From the NCBI GenBank assembly GCA_963758495.1, contig CAVWVI010000003.1, forward strand, positions 1,216,001-1,280,000: a stretch of 64,000 nt of DNA. Reading direction: 5' to 3'. The notes beneath the pieces are model-generated. The model ran no database searches. It was not told the origin of the DNA and worked only from the letters and a program-made list of their open reading frames with translations. Every line of letters begins with the position of its first letter. The first letter of the stretch is position 1. Shown here piece by piece: positions 54,201 through 64,000 of the stretch. The DNA is from Oligoflexia bacterium. Its GTDB lineage: Bacteria > Bdellovibrionota > UBA1018. A program made the translations under genes and the position numbers.

Positions 54201-57200
54201 CTAAACGTTCCCGCTACTGTCAATTCTTACTCTCTGACTTGGCCAAGTACTCAGGCTGCATCCGGACAAGTTCTCACTTCAGATGCGAGTGGAAATCTCA
54301 GTTGGGCTAATTTAAGTACCGGAACTGGATCAGTCACTTCTGTCGCTCTCTCTGCTCCTTCGTTCTTATCCGTCAGTGGCTCTCCGATTACTTCCGTAGG
54401 CACACTCGCCCTGGGGCTCAATACTCAAACTCAAAACACGATCTTTGCCGCTCCCAATGGAAGCTCAGGAACCCCTGTTTTCAGGGCTCTTGCAGGAGCA
54501 GACTTACCTCTTCCTTCATCCAGCTCTTTGGGAGGCGTTCAATCTCTCACTCCTACAAGCAGTCAATGGATTAATTCTATTTCGACTAGCGGTATTCCTA
54601 CGGCTTCTCAACCTGCTTTCACCGACCTCACTGGCACTGCCACTGTAGCTCAAGGGGGTACAGGCGCTACTTCTCTCACCTCAAACGGTATCCTCTTAGG
54701 AGGCGGAACAGGTGCTATCACGGCTACTGCAACAGGAACTTCTGGACAAGTCCTCACCAGCAACGGCACCAGTGCTCCTACCTTCCAAACTCTTGCTTCT
54801 TCTGTCACCAGCGTAGGAGCTTCTGCTCCTCTCGCTTCTTCCGGTGGAACCACTCCTACTATTTCTCTCACTGGAACGATTCCTGTCGCTAATGGCGGTA
54901 CGGGTTCTGGCACCGCTCTCACCCCAGGGGGCGTTCTCTACGGTAACTCTTCTACTGCTACCGGTACTACCTCCGCTGGCACCTCTGGAAACGTCTTAGT
55001 CAGCAACGGGGCTTCCGCTCCTTCTTGGACTGCTACTCCTTCTTTCACTTCGGTTTCTTCTTCGACTTCAGTTTCTTCTTCGACTCAAAATTTAAATGGA
55101 GCGACTTCCGGCACTCTCAGCATGACTGTTCCTGCTACCGTCACTTCTTACTCTCTGACTTGGCCAAGTGCTGTCGCTTCCTCCGCTGGACAAGCCCTCA
55201 CCTCGGATGGCAGTGGTAATCTCAGTTGGACTTCTTTACAGGCTTCGGGAAATTACGTCACGACCGTGGGATCTTTTGACGGACAAACTGCAAACTCAAA
55301 TGGCTTAACGATCTCAGGTACAAGCATTTATGCACAAAGCGCTTCTTCTACTAACCCAGGATTAGTGAACACTACGACACAAACTTTTGCAGGTGCTAAA
55401 ACCTTTAGCTCAACCATTACTGGAACGACTTCTGGAAATACCACTTACACAGCAAACCAATACGGGGTGGTTCTCAGCGGTTCTGGAAATGCGATGAATG
55501 TATTGACTCCTAACTCCTCCACCTCACTTCCTCTCATCAGCGGAGGTTCCTCGGCTAATCCTTCTTGGGGAGTCTTAAGCGTGGCTGGCGGTGGTACAGG
55601 CGCTACTTCTCTCACCTCAAACGGTATCCTCTTAGGAGGCGGAACAGGCTCTATCACGGCTACTGCAACAGGAACTTCTGGACAAGTCCTCACCAGCAAC
55701 GGCACCAGTGCTCCTACCTTCCAAGCTCTTCCTTCTTCTGTGAGCAGCGTTGGAGCTTCTGCTCCTCTCGCTTCTTCCGGTGGAACCACTCCTACTATTT
55801 CTCTGACTGGAACGATTCCTGTCGCTAATGGCGGTACGGGTTCTGCCACAGCTCTCACCCCAGGAGGTATTCTCTACGGCAGTTCTGCTACTGCTTCTGG
55901 TACTTCTGCTGCCGGTTCTGCTGGAAACGTCTTGATCAGCAACGGGGCTTCTGCTCCTTCTTGGACTGCTACCCCTTCTTTCACTTCGATTTCTGCTCCT
56001 TCTCATTTACTCACAGGAAGCACTTCTGGAACTCTCACCCTGACTGTCCCTGCTACCGTCACTTCTTATTCTCTTAAATGGCCCAGTGCTGTCGCTTCCG
56101 CTGGACAAGCTCTCACCTCGGATGCCAGTGGGAATCTCAGTTGGACTTCTTTACAGACTTCGGGAAATTACGTCACAACCGTGGGATCTTTTGACGGACA
56201 AACTGCAAACTCAAATGGCTTAACGATCTCAGGTACAAGCATTTATGCACAAAGCGCTTCTTCTACTAACCCAGGATTAGTGAACACTACGACACAAACT
56301 TTTGCAGGTGCTAAAACCTTTAGCTCAACCATTACTGGAACGACTTCTGGAAACACCACTTACACAGCAAACCAATACGGGGTGGTTCTCAGCGGTTCTG
56401 GAAATGCGATGAATGTATTGGCTCCTAACTCCTCCACCTCACTTCCTCTCATCAGCGGAGGCTCTTCGGCTAATCCTTCTTGGGGAGTCTTAAGCGTGGC
56501 TGGCGGTGGTACAGGCGCTACTTCTCTCACCTCAAACGGCATCCTCTTAGGAGGCGGAACAGGTGCTATCACGGCTACTGCAACAGGAACTTCTGGACAA
56601 GTCCTCACCAGCAACGGCACCAGTGCTCCTACCTTCCAAGCTCTTCCTTCTTCTGTGAGCAGCGTTGGAGCTTCTGCTCCTCTCGCTTCTTCCGGTGGAA
56701 CCACTCCTACTATTTCTCTCACTGGAACGATTCCTGTCGCTAATGGCGGTACGGGTTCTGCCACAGCTCTCACCCCAGGGGGCGTTCTCTACGGCAGCTC
56801 TGCTACTGCTTCTGGTACTTCTGCTGCCGGTTCTGCTGGAAACGTCTTGATCAGCAACGGCGCTTCTGCTCCTTATTGGAGTAGTTCTCTTACTCTCAAT
56901 GCCGCTGCTTCACCTAGTTATTATATTACTAGCGGATCCGGCGGCTATACCAACATGATCGTTCCTAATTCGATGACTAATCACTTTAATCTTACATGGC
57001 CAGGTGCTCTAGCTTCTTCTTCTGGACAGGTTCTTTCTTCTGATACCAGTGGGAATCTCAGTTGGACCACTCCTACTTCTTCTGTGACGAGCGTAAGCGC
57101 TTCTGCTCCTCTCGCTTCTTCCGGTGGACTCACTCCTACTCTTTCTCTGACTGGAACTATTCCTGTCGCTAATGGCGGTACGGGTTCTACCACCGCTCTC

Positions 57201-60200
57201 ACCCCAGGGGGCGTTCTCTACGGCAGCTCTGCTACTGCTTCTGGTACTTCTGCTGCCGGTTCTGCTGGAAACGTCTTGATCAGCAACGGCGCTTCTGCTC
57301 CTTCTTGGACGGCTACCCCTTCTTTCACTTCGATTTCTGCTCCTTCTCATTTACTCACAGGAAGCACTTCTGGAACTCTCACCCTGACTGTCCCTGCTAC
57401 CGTCACTTCTTATTCTCTTAAATGGCCCAGTACTGTCGCTTCCGCTGGGCAAGCTCTCACCTCGGATGCCAGTGGGAATCTCAGTTGGACTTCTTTACAG
57501 GCTTCGGGAAATTACGTCACAACCGTGGGATCTTTTGACGGACAAACTGCAAACTCAAATGGCTTAACGATCTCAGGTACAAGCATTTATGCACAAAGTG
57601 CTTCTTCTACTAACCCAGGATTAGTGAACACTACGACACAAACTTTTGCAGGTGCTAAAACCTTTAGCTCAACCATTACTGGAACGACTTCTGGAAATAC
57701 CACTTACACAGCAAACCAATACGGGGTGGTTCTCAGCGGTTCTGGAAATGCGATGAATGTATTGGCTCCTAACTCCTCCACCTCACTTCCTCTCATCAGC
57801 GGAGGTTCCTCAGCTAATCCTTCTTGGGGAGTCTTAAGCGTTGCGGGGGGCGGTACAGGTGCAACGAGTGCAAGCATTGCTTTCAATAACCTCTCTCCTA
57901 TGACTACTTTAGGTGATACGATCTATGGAGGCACTTCCGGCGCTGGCACTCGACTGGCGGGAAATACCTCATCGACTAAACAGTTTTTAACTTCGACTGG
58001 AACTGGCTCAGTCTCTGCTGCACCTATCTGGGGTACTCTCAGTGCAAGTGATATCCCTAACATCTCTGCTTCTCTCATTACCTCAGGTACACTCGCTGTG
58101 GCTCAAGGCGGTACGGGTTCTGGCACAGCTCTCACCCCAGGGGGCGTTCTCTACGGTAGCTCTGCTACTGCTTCCGGTACCACTGCTGCCGGTTCTGCTG
58201 GAAACGTCTTGATCAGCAACGGCGCTTCTGCTCCTTCTTGGACTGCTACTCCTTCTTTCACTTCGATTTCTGCTCCTTCTCATTTACTCACAGGAAGCAC
58301 TTCCGGAACTCTCACCATGGCCGTTCCTGCTACTGTCACTTCTTATTCTCTTAAATGGCCCAGTACTGTCGCTTCCGCTGGGCAAGCTCTCACCTCGGAT
58401 GCCAGTGGGAATCTCAGTTGGACTTCTTTACAGACTTCGGGAAATTACGTCACAACCGTGGGATCTTTTGACGGACAAACTGCAAACTCAAATGGCTTAA
58501 CGATCTCAGGTACAAGCATTTATGCACAAAGTGCTTCTTCTACTAACCCAGGATTAGTGAACACTACGACACAAACTTTTGCAGGTGCTAAAACCTTTAG
58601 CTCAACCATTACTGGAACGACTTCTGGAAATACCACTTACACAGCAAACCAATACGGGGTGGTTCTCAGCGGTTCTGGAAATGCGATGAATGTATTGGCT
58701 CCTAACTCCTCCACCTCACTTCCTCTCATCAGCGGAGGTTCCTCGGCTAATCCTTCTTGGGGAGTCTTAAGCGTGGCTGGCGGTGGTACAGGTGCAACGA
58801 GTGCAAGCATTGCTTTCAATAACCTCTCTCCTATGACTACTTTAGGTGATACGATCTATGGAGGCACTTCCGGCGCTGGCACTCGACTGGCGGGAAATAC
58901 CTCATCGACTAAACAGTTTTTAACTTCGACTGGAACTGGCTCAGTCTCTGCTGCACCTATCTGGGGTACTCTCAGTGCAAGTGACATCCCTAACATCTCT
59001 GCTTCTCTTATCACCTCAGGTACACTCGCTGTGGCTCAAGGCGGTACGGGTTCTGGCACAGCTCTCACCCCAGGGGGCGTTCTCTACGGTAGCTCTGCTA
59101 CTGCTTCCGGTACCACTGCTGCCGGTTCTGCTGGAAACGTCTTGATCAGCAACGGCGCTTCTGCTCCTTCTTGGACTGCTACTCCTTCTTTCACTTCGAT
59201 TTCTGCTCCTTCCCATTTACTCACAGGCAGCACTTCTGGAACTCTCACCCTGACTGTCCCTGCTACTGTCACTTCTTATTCTCTTAAATGGCCCAGTGCT
59301 GTCGCTTCCGCTGGGCAAGCTCTCACCTCGGATGCCAGTGGGAATCTCAGTTGGACTTCTTTACAGGCTTCGGGAAATTACGTCACAACCGTGGGATCTT
59401 TTGACGGACAAACTGCAAACTCAAATGGCTTAACGATCTCAGGTACAAGCATTTATGCACAAAGCGCTTCTTCTACTAACCCAGGATTAGTGAACACTAC
59501 GACACAAACTTTTGCAGGCGCTAAAACCTTTAGTTCTCTCATGACAGGCTCAAACGGCCTTAATGTGACCAGTGGCAACGTCGGCATCGGAACGACAAGC
59601 CCTGGAGGGGAACTGGAACTTTTTAACTCCACACAACTTTCCTCTCGACTCAATCTGACAGGCCAGGAATTTTATAATGCAGGCAATAGCTCAACAAGCG
59701 GTGTTGCTTTCCTACTCGGAGTCAATCGTACTAACAATAGACAACTTTGGATTGGTGATAGCGCTACTATGACGCAGAACTCTACCAATGCCGTATTCCG
59801 TCTTCAAACCAATTCGGGAGGTGGCATAGTAACAATAGATTCCGTAGGAACAGACGGAATCACGGCTAAGCCATTGTCTATTGGAAATACGGGCGCCAAT
59901 GTGACTCTGCTAGGCAACGTCGGAATTGGGACGACGAGTCCGAACACTCAGTTTGAAGTTGCATCATCCTCTGGTCCGACCCTCACATTAAACAATACCG
60001 GCGATGGGAGTGCTACGATCCAGTTTCGTACCCTCGGTGGATATACCCCCTCCGCTCAGATCCAAGCAGCTGATGACGGTAATTTTGCTGGCAACATGAT
60101 GTTCTCGACTAAAACCACAGGTAATAGTGGTACTAACCCACTGGCAGAAAGAATGAGGATCACATCCACTGGCAACGTCGGCATTGGAACGACGAGTCCT

Positions 60201-62043
60201 GCTAACCCTCTGAGTATTCTTGGTACTGCCAGTTGGGGAGTACTAGAAGTGATGGGTAATGGAACTAACACTGAAAGCTCTATAGGTTTTCGCTCTTCAA
60301 ATATCTCTGCAGGCGGCGCAGGACAGTGGTTAATGGGAACCAATATCGGTGCTTCAACAGCGAATAACTTCTCTTTTTATCTCAATACCAATATACATCA
60401 TGACAATGACACAAGCAGGCAACGTCGGCATCGGCACAACAAGTCCTGCATACAACCTTGACGTCAGTGGAACGGGTCGCTTTACAACCAGTCTCACGGC
60501 TCCTTCTCATTTACTCACAGGAAGCACTTCGGGAACTCTCACCATGGCCGTTCCTGCTACCGTCACTTCTTATTCTCTTAAATGGCCAAGTGCTGTCGCT
60601 TCCTCCGCTGGACAAGCCCTCACGTCGGATGGCAGTGGGAATCTCAGTTGGACCACTCTGAGTAGTGGATCTGTCACCAGCGTAGGGGCTTCTGCTCCTC
60701 TCGCTTCTTCCGGTGGAACCACTCCTACTATTTCTCTCACTGGAACAATTCCTGTCGCTAATGGCGGTACGGGTTCTGCCTCCGCTCTCACCCCAGGGGG
60801 CATTCTCTACGGCAGCTCTGCTACTGCTTCCGGTACTTCTGCTGCGGGAACTACTGGGCAGCTCCTCACCAGCAACGGGGCTTCTGCTCCTTATTGGAGT
60901 AGTTCTCTTACTCTCAATGCCGCTGCTTCACCTAGTTATTATATTACTAGCGGATCCGGCGGCTATACCAACATGATCGTTCCTAATTCGATGACTAATC
61001 ACTTTAATCTTACATGGCCAGGTGCTCTAGCTTCTTCTTCTGGACAGGTTCTTTCTTCTGATACCAGTGGGAATCTCAGTTGGACCACTCCTACTTCTTC
61101 TGTGACGAGCGTAAGCGCTTCTGCTCCTCTCGCTTCTTCCGGTGGACTCACTCCTACTCTTTCTCTGACTGGAACTATTCCTGTCGCTAATGGCGGTACG
61201 GGTTCTACCACCGCTCTCACCCCAGGGGGCATTCTCTACGGCAGCTCTGCTACTGCTTCCGGTACTACCTCCGCTGGCGCCGCTGGAGGCCTCTTAGTCA
61301 GCAACGGGGCTTCTGCTCCTTCTTGGACGGGTACTGGTGCTCCTGGATACACATTGATCTACAACGCACCTAATGCTCCCTTTTGGTCATACTTGAGCGT
61401 AGCGGGGGGTGGAACAGGAGCTGTTTCTTTCACCCAAAACGGAATCCTCTTAGGAGGCGGAACAGGTCCTATCACGGCTACTGCTACTGGAACTTCTGGA
61501 CAAGTCCTCACCAGCAACGGGGCCTCTGCTCCTTCTTGGACGACTACCCTGAATGTGACCAGTGGCAACGTCGGTATCGGAACAACAAGTCCTAGTTATA
61601 CCCTCCAAGTGAATGGTTCTGTGGCAGGAACGTCAGCCTATAACAATACATCAGATATCCGCTTAAAAAAGGACATTGCCCACATTCCAGATGCGCTTAA
61701 CAAAATTAAAGATCTTCGAGGAGTTACTTTTAATTGGCGTAAGAATGAGCACCCAGAAATGAACCTTAGCGATCGGCAGGAACTAGGAGTCATTGCTCAA
61801 GAAGTTGAAAAGATCTTCCCTCAAGCAGTATCGGAGAACAAGAATACTGGATTCAAATCTGTTGCATACTCCATGCTGATTGCCCCTATCATAGAGGCCA
61901 TGAAAGAGGTCCGCACTTGGCTTATAATGCATGATCAATCCATTGCCTCGGTCAAGGCCGAGAATGCCACACTAAAGCAAGAGAACGCCCAGATCAAAGC
62001 CTACCTCTGCGCCAAAGACCCGCAGGCTCCTTTCTGTAAGTAA
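51228..62043 (+). CDS. Giant fibre adhesin (MAT-like), fibre 2, with C-terminal S74 intramolecular chaperone/autocleavage domain; split near 60370-60397 (ORFs 51228-60461 and 60349-62043; ~3604 aa if repaired)
   Basis: N-terminus paralogous to fibre 1; same repeats; C-terminus TSDIRLKKDI...GVTFNW...GVIAQEVE..FP..V...V.Y..LIA..IEA.KE, then a coiled coil ending LCAKDPQAPFCK. Confidence 0.85.
52300..61300 (+). repeat. Intragenic repeat units in fibre 2, including a near-exact 933-bp tandem duplication
   Basis: Equivalent positions at 57704/58637 and 58083/59016 (933 bp apart) and 55445/56360 (915 bp apart). Confidence 0.9.
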
Positions 62044-62132
62044 ACTTAACACTAGAGGTCTCTTTTGACTTGAGCGACCGAGTGAGCTGAAAGCGTGAAG
62101 TGGAGTGCGGAGATGAGACACTAAATTTCGAA

Positions 62133-62459
62133 TTATTCCACACCTACTGCGATTTTGAGGCACTTTTCTAGCTGTGCTATTTTTCGCGAGTCTAGCGACC
62201 CAATTAAATGAGTGAGCTTAGATTTTTCAATACTCAGCAATTCATCACAAAATACAGAAGAATTTTTTTTCAACCCCTCTGAAACTCCTACTTCAAACTG
62301 AGTAGATAGACCATCCGAACGAGAATATACTGGCGCACAGATTACCGTCGAAAAACTTGAATCAATGGATACTTGCCTGCTCACAACTACGAAGACACGA
62401 AAATCTTTAGGGTCATTTTTATTTCCACGATAAATCCGATAAAGTTCGCCTCGCTTCAT
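62133..62459 (-). CDS. mazF: PemK/MazF-family toxin
   Basis: [24 protein letters not shown]...D.L.SI.K..L...IG.L and LKIAVG motifs. Confidence 0.88.
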   Translation of the reverse strand: MKRGELYRIYRGNKNDPKDFRVFVVVSRQVSIDSSFSTVICAPVYSRSDGLSTQFEVGVSEGLKKNSSVFCDELLSIEKSKLTHLIGSLDSRKIAQLEKCLKIAVGVE

Positions 62460-62471
62460 TCTTTATGCCCT

Positions 62472-62699
62472 CTAGATGGAAGATTGAAACTCCAACGCAT
62501 CCAAGGCTTCTTCATTGAGTGCTTTGCTGTGTTGATTCAAAATAGCTAAATCAGAATTATCCCGTTCGATGGCCTTACGATTCCTAAAATAAAGAACAAG
62601 TGCCTCTTCAACAACCTCTGAGCGAGTCGGCTTTTGGGGAAGTTGATCAATCATTTTAAGTAACTGTTCTGAAACGGAAATAGAAGCTTTTTTCTTCAT
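62472..62699 (-). CDS. Ribbon-helix-helix antitoxin
   Basis: KKASISVSEQLL..ID....RSEVVEEAL pattern; acidic tail; directly upstream of the toxin. Confidence 0.8.
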   Translation of the reverse strand: MKKKASISVSEQLLKMIDQLPQKPTRSEVVEEALVLYFRNRKAIERDNSDLAILNQHSKALNEEALDALEFQSSI

Positions 62700-62734
62700 A
62701 CTACTATAGTAGTATGAAAGTAGGACAAAAGCAA
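62695..62734 (-). promoter_or_regulatory. Toxin-antitoxin promoter/operator: perfect 24-bp palindrome over the -10 and start codon; probably leaderless
   Basis: TTCATACTACTATAGTAGTATGAA (62695-62718). The minus strand reads TTGCTT-17 bp-TACTAT-6 nt-ATG. Confidence 0.75.
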
Positions 62735-63457
62735 GTCCTTGAGAGGAATCGGGCCTTGAAAGATCATTTTACCCGATCTCAAAAAAATTCCTGTATCCGC
62801 CCACTCTGAAACCAGATTCACATCCCGAGCCACTAAAAGCACCGACCAACCTTCCGTCGTTAGACCCTTTAACATTTTCCCTATCGCGACTTGATGATGG
62901 AGATCCATCGCAGAAAGCGCTTCATCTAAGAAAAGAATTTTTGAGCCTTGGGCGAGAGCACGTGCTAAAGCCACAAGCTGCCTCTCTCCTCTATTTAAAC
63001 TATTTAAATTTCTATCTTTCAAATTCCAACATAAACACTTTTCCATAGCCCAACGAACCGCAGCACGATCCGCATCGGAATCACATCCATGGCCACGACC
63101 CTGGCAAGTTCGGCCTAAAAATACGACTTCTTCCGCAGTCAAAGGGAATTCTGCTTTTAAGTCGGGTGCAACATACGCAATCGTTTGCGCACGCCGATAG
63201 TGCGGTAGGGTTAAAAACTCATGTCCTAAATACCGAACTAGCCCTGAACATCGAGGCCGCACAATCGGAAGGATACCCGAGACGACTTTCATCAAAGTTG
63301 ATTTTCCAGAACCGCTGGGCCCCAGAAGTGCGACAAATTCACCACGAGAAAGCTCAAAGGATACGTCTTCAAGAACGTTCTTTCGCTCCATCTTGTGCGG
63401 TCTGTGATTCCAGTTGTAACAGATTCCGTAAGCTCCTAAAACGACCGACACACTCAC
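62696..63457 (-). CDS. ABC transporter ATPase (FepC/HmuV/BtuD-like) with degenerate motifs
   Basis: Walker A GPSGSGKST and Walker B FLDE; signature reads LNRGE and H-loop reads ARD. GTG 63457 overlaps the permease stop. Confidence 0.8.
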   Translation of the reverse strand: MSVSVVLGAYGICYNWNHRPHKMERKNVLEDVSFELSRGEFVALLGPSGSGKSTLMKVVSGILPIVRPRCSGLVRYLGHEFLTLPHYRRAQTIAYVAPDLKAEFPLTAEEVVFLGRTCQGRGHGCDSDADRAAVRWAMEKCLCWNLKDRNLNSLNRGERQLVALARALAQGSKILFLDEALSAMDLHHQVAIGKMLKGLTTEGWSVLLVARDVNLVSEWADTGIFLRSGKMIFQGPIPLKDLLLSYFHTTIVV

Positions 63458-64000
63458 TGAACCTCCACTCTTCTCAACATAACCCATAGAAATAAAGGTG
63501 CACCGACCAAAGCCGTCACAATTCCAACCGGAATCTCATAGGGCTGCAAAATCACTCTCGAAGCACAGTCTGCAACAATGAGTGCGATCGCGCCGCCCAT
63601 TGCACAAAGAGGAATAAGAGTGATATGTAATGAACCCACTAATCGTCTTGCAAAATGAGGTATGACTAAACCTACAAATCCAATCATTCCACCGGCGCTG
63701 ACACAAAGTCCGATCAAAAGAGAAGTCAGCACAATCACTCTTCTCCGCACATTTGCGACATCCACTCCCAACGCACAAGCCCCCTCTTCGCCCATGAGGA
63801 GCGCATCCAACTCTTTCCATTGCCCCCAGATTAAGGTCGTCAACCCCAGTACACCGCCCATCGTAAAAACCGCACCCTTCAAGCGAGCTCTAGATAAATC
63901 TCCAAAAAGCCATCCCACAGCGCCCTGTATTCCATTCGGATTCGAAAACGTAAGCCAGATCGCCACCAGACTTGACCCTAAGAAACCCAACATCATTCCT
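63454..64000 (-). CDS. FecCD/BtuC-family iron/cobalamin ABC permease; 5' part lies outside the window
   Basis: WLFGDL, L..GEE.A.ALGV, GMIGFVGLVIPH and EIPVGIVTALVGAP motifs. Confidence 0.92.
   Translation of the reverse strand, partial: GMMLGFLGSSLVAIWLTFSNPNGIQGAVGWLFGDLSRARLKGAVFTMGGVLGLTTLIWGQWKELDALLMGEEGACALGVDVANVRRRVIVLTSLLIGLCVSAGGMIGFVGLVIPHFARRLVGSLHITLIPLCAMGGAIALIVADCASRVILQPYEIPVGIVTALVGAPLFLWVMLRRVEVQ

Noticed and set aside
41001..60400. Programmed frameshifting or phase variation at the fibre breaks
   Set aside because: No long homopolymer, SSR or clear slippery heptamer is present; both breaks fall where paralogous repeat variants could be confused in a consensus.
34196..61600. 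Many short antisense or alternate-frame ORFs (e.g. MPPGVRAVPEPVPPL…, MELLLLSLL…)
   Set aside because: Shadows of the Ser/Thr/Gly-biased repetitive adhesin and fibre genes; they recur with the repeats.
38622..62043. Prophage tail region
   Set aside because: The fibres carry Sec signal peptides, and no capsid, terminase, baseplate or integrase genes are present.
62052..62122. MITE-like element (TAGAGGTCTC…GAGACACTA)
   Set aside because: The inverted ends are short and imperfect, and no second copy was seen in the window.

Overview
Chromosomal window from a bacterium that looks like Bdellovibrionota. This is an inference from the Bdellovibrio-type giant fibre genes, a stand-alone mreB plus PilZ gene and a CPGC-ending pilin. 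The left half (1-30.9 kb) is mostly housekeeping: rsmH, a PBP, AMP nucleosidase, mreB, rlmE, hutIH, rpe, fmt/def, lptG, lepB, priA, galU and dksA. It is interrupted by accessory genes: a Fic protein, two tandem secreted papain-like protease-ankyrin genes, AAA-DUF4143 ATPases and their relics, and a secreted Ser/Thr kinase with a WNK-like displaced catalytic lysine. The right half (30.9-62.7 kb) is a surface-adhesin island. It holds an outer-membrane barrel, a small lipoprotein and a 1266-aa Ig-repeat adhesin; the last two share an unrecognised ~80-aa C-terminal domain and each is followed by a near-identical TPR gene. It also holds two ~3600-aa mosaic fibre (MAT-like) genes, each broken by one frameshift region that is probably an artefact. 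Between and after the fibres lie a C-type-lectin-like gene whose 3' end looks like a DGR variable region and a MazF toxin-antitoxin pair. A degenerate FecCD-type ABC transporter closes the window. The best candidate for an undescribed system is the barrel / shared C-terminal domain + TPR / giant fibre locus. No rRNA, tRNA, CRISPR array, transposase or reverse transcriptase was seen.
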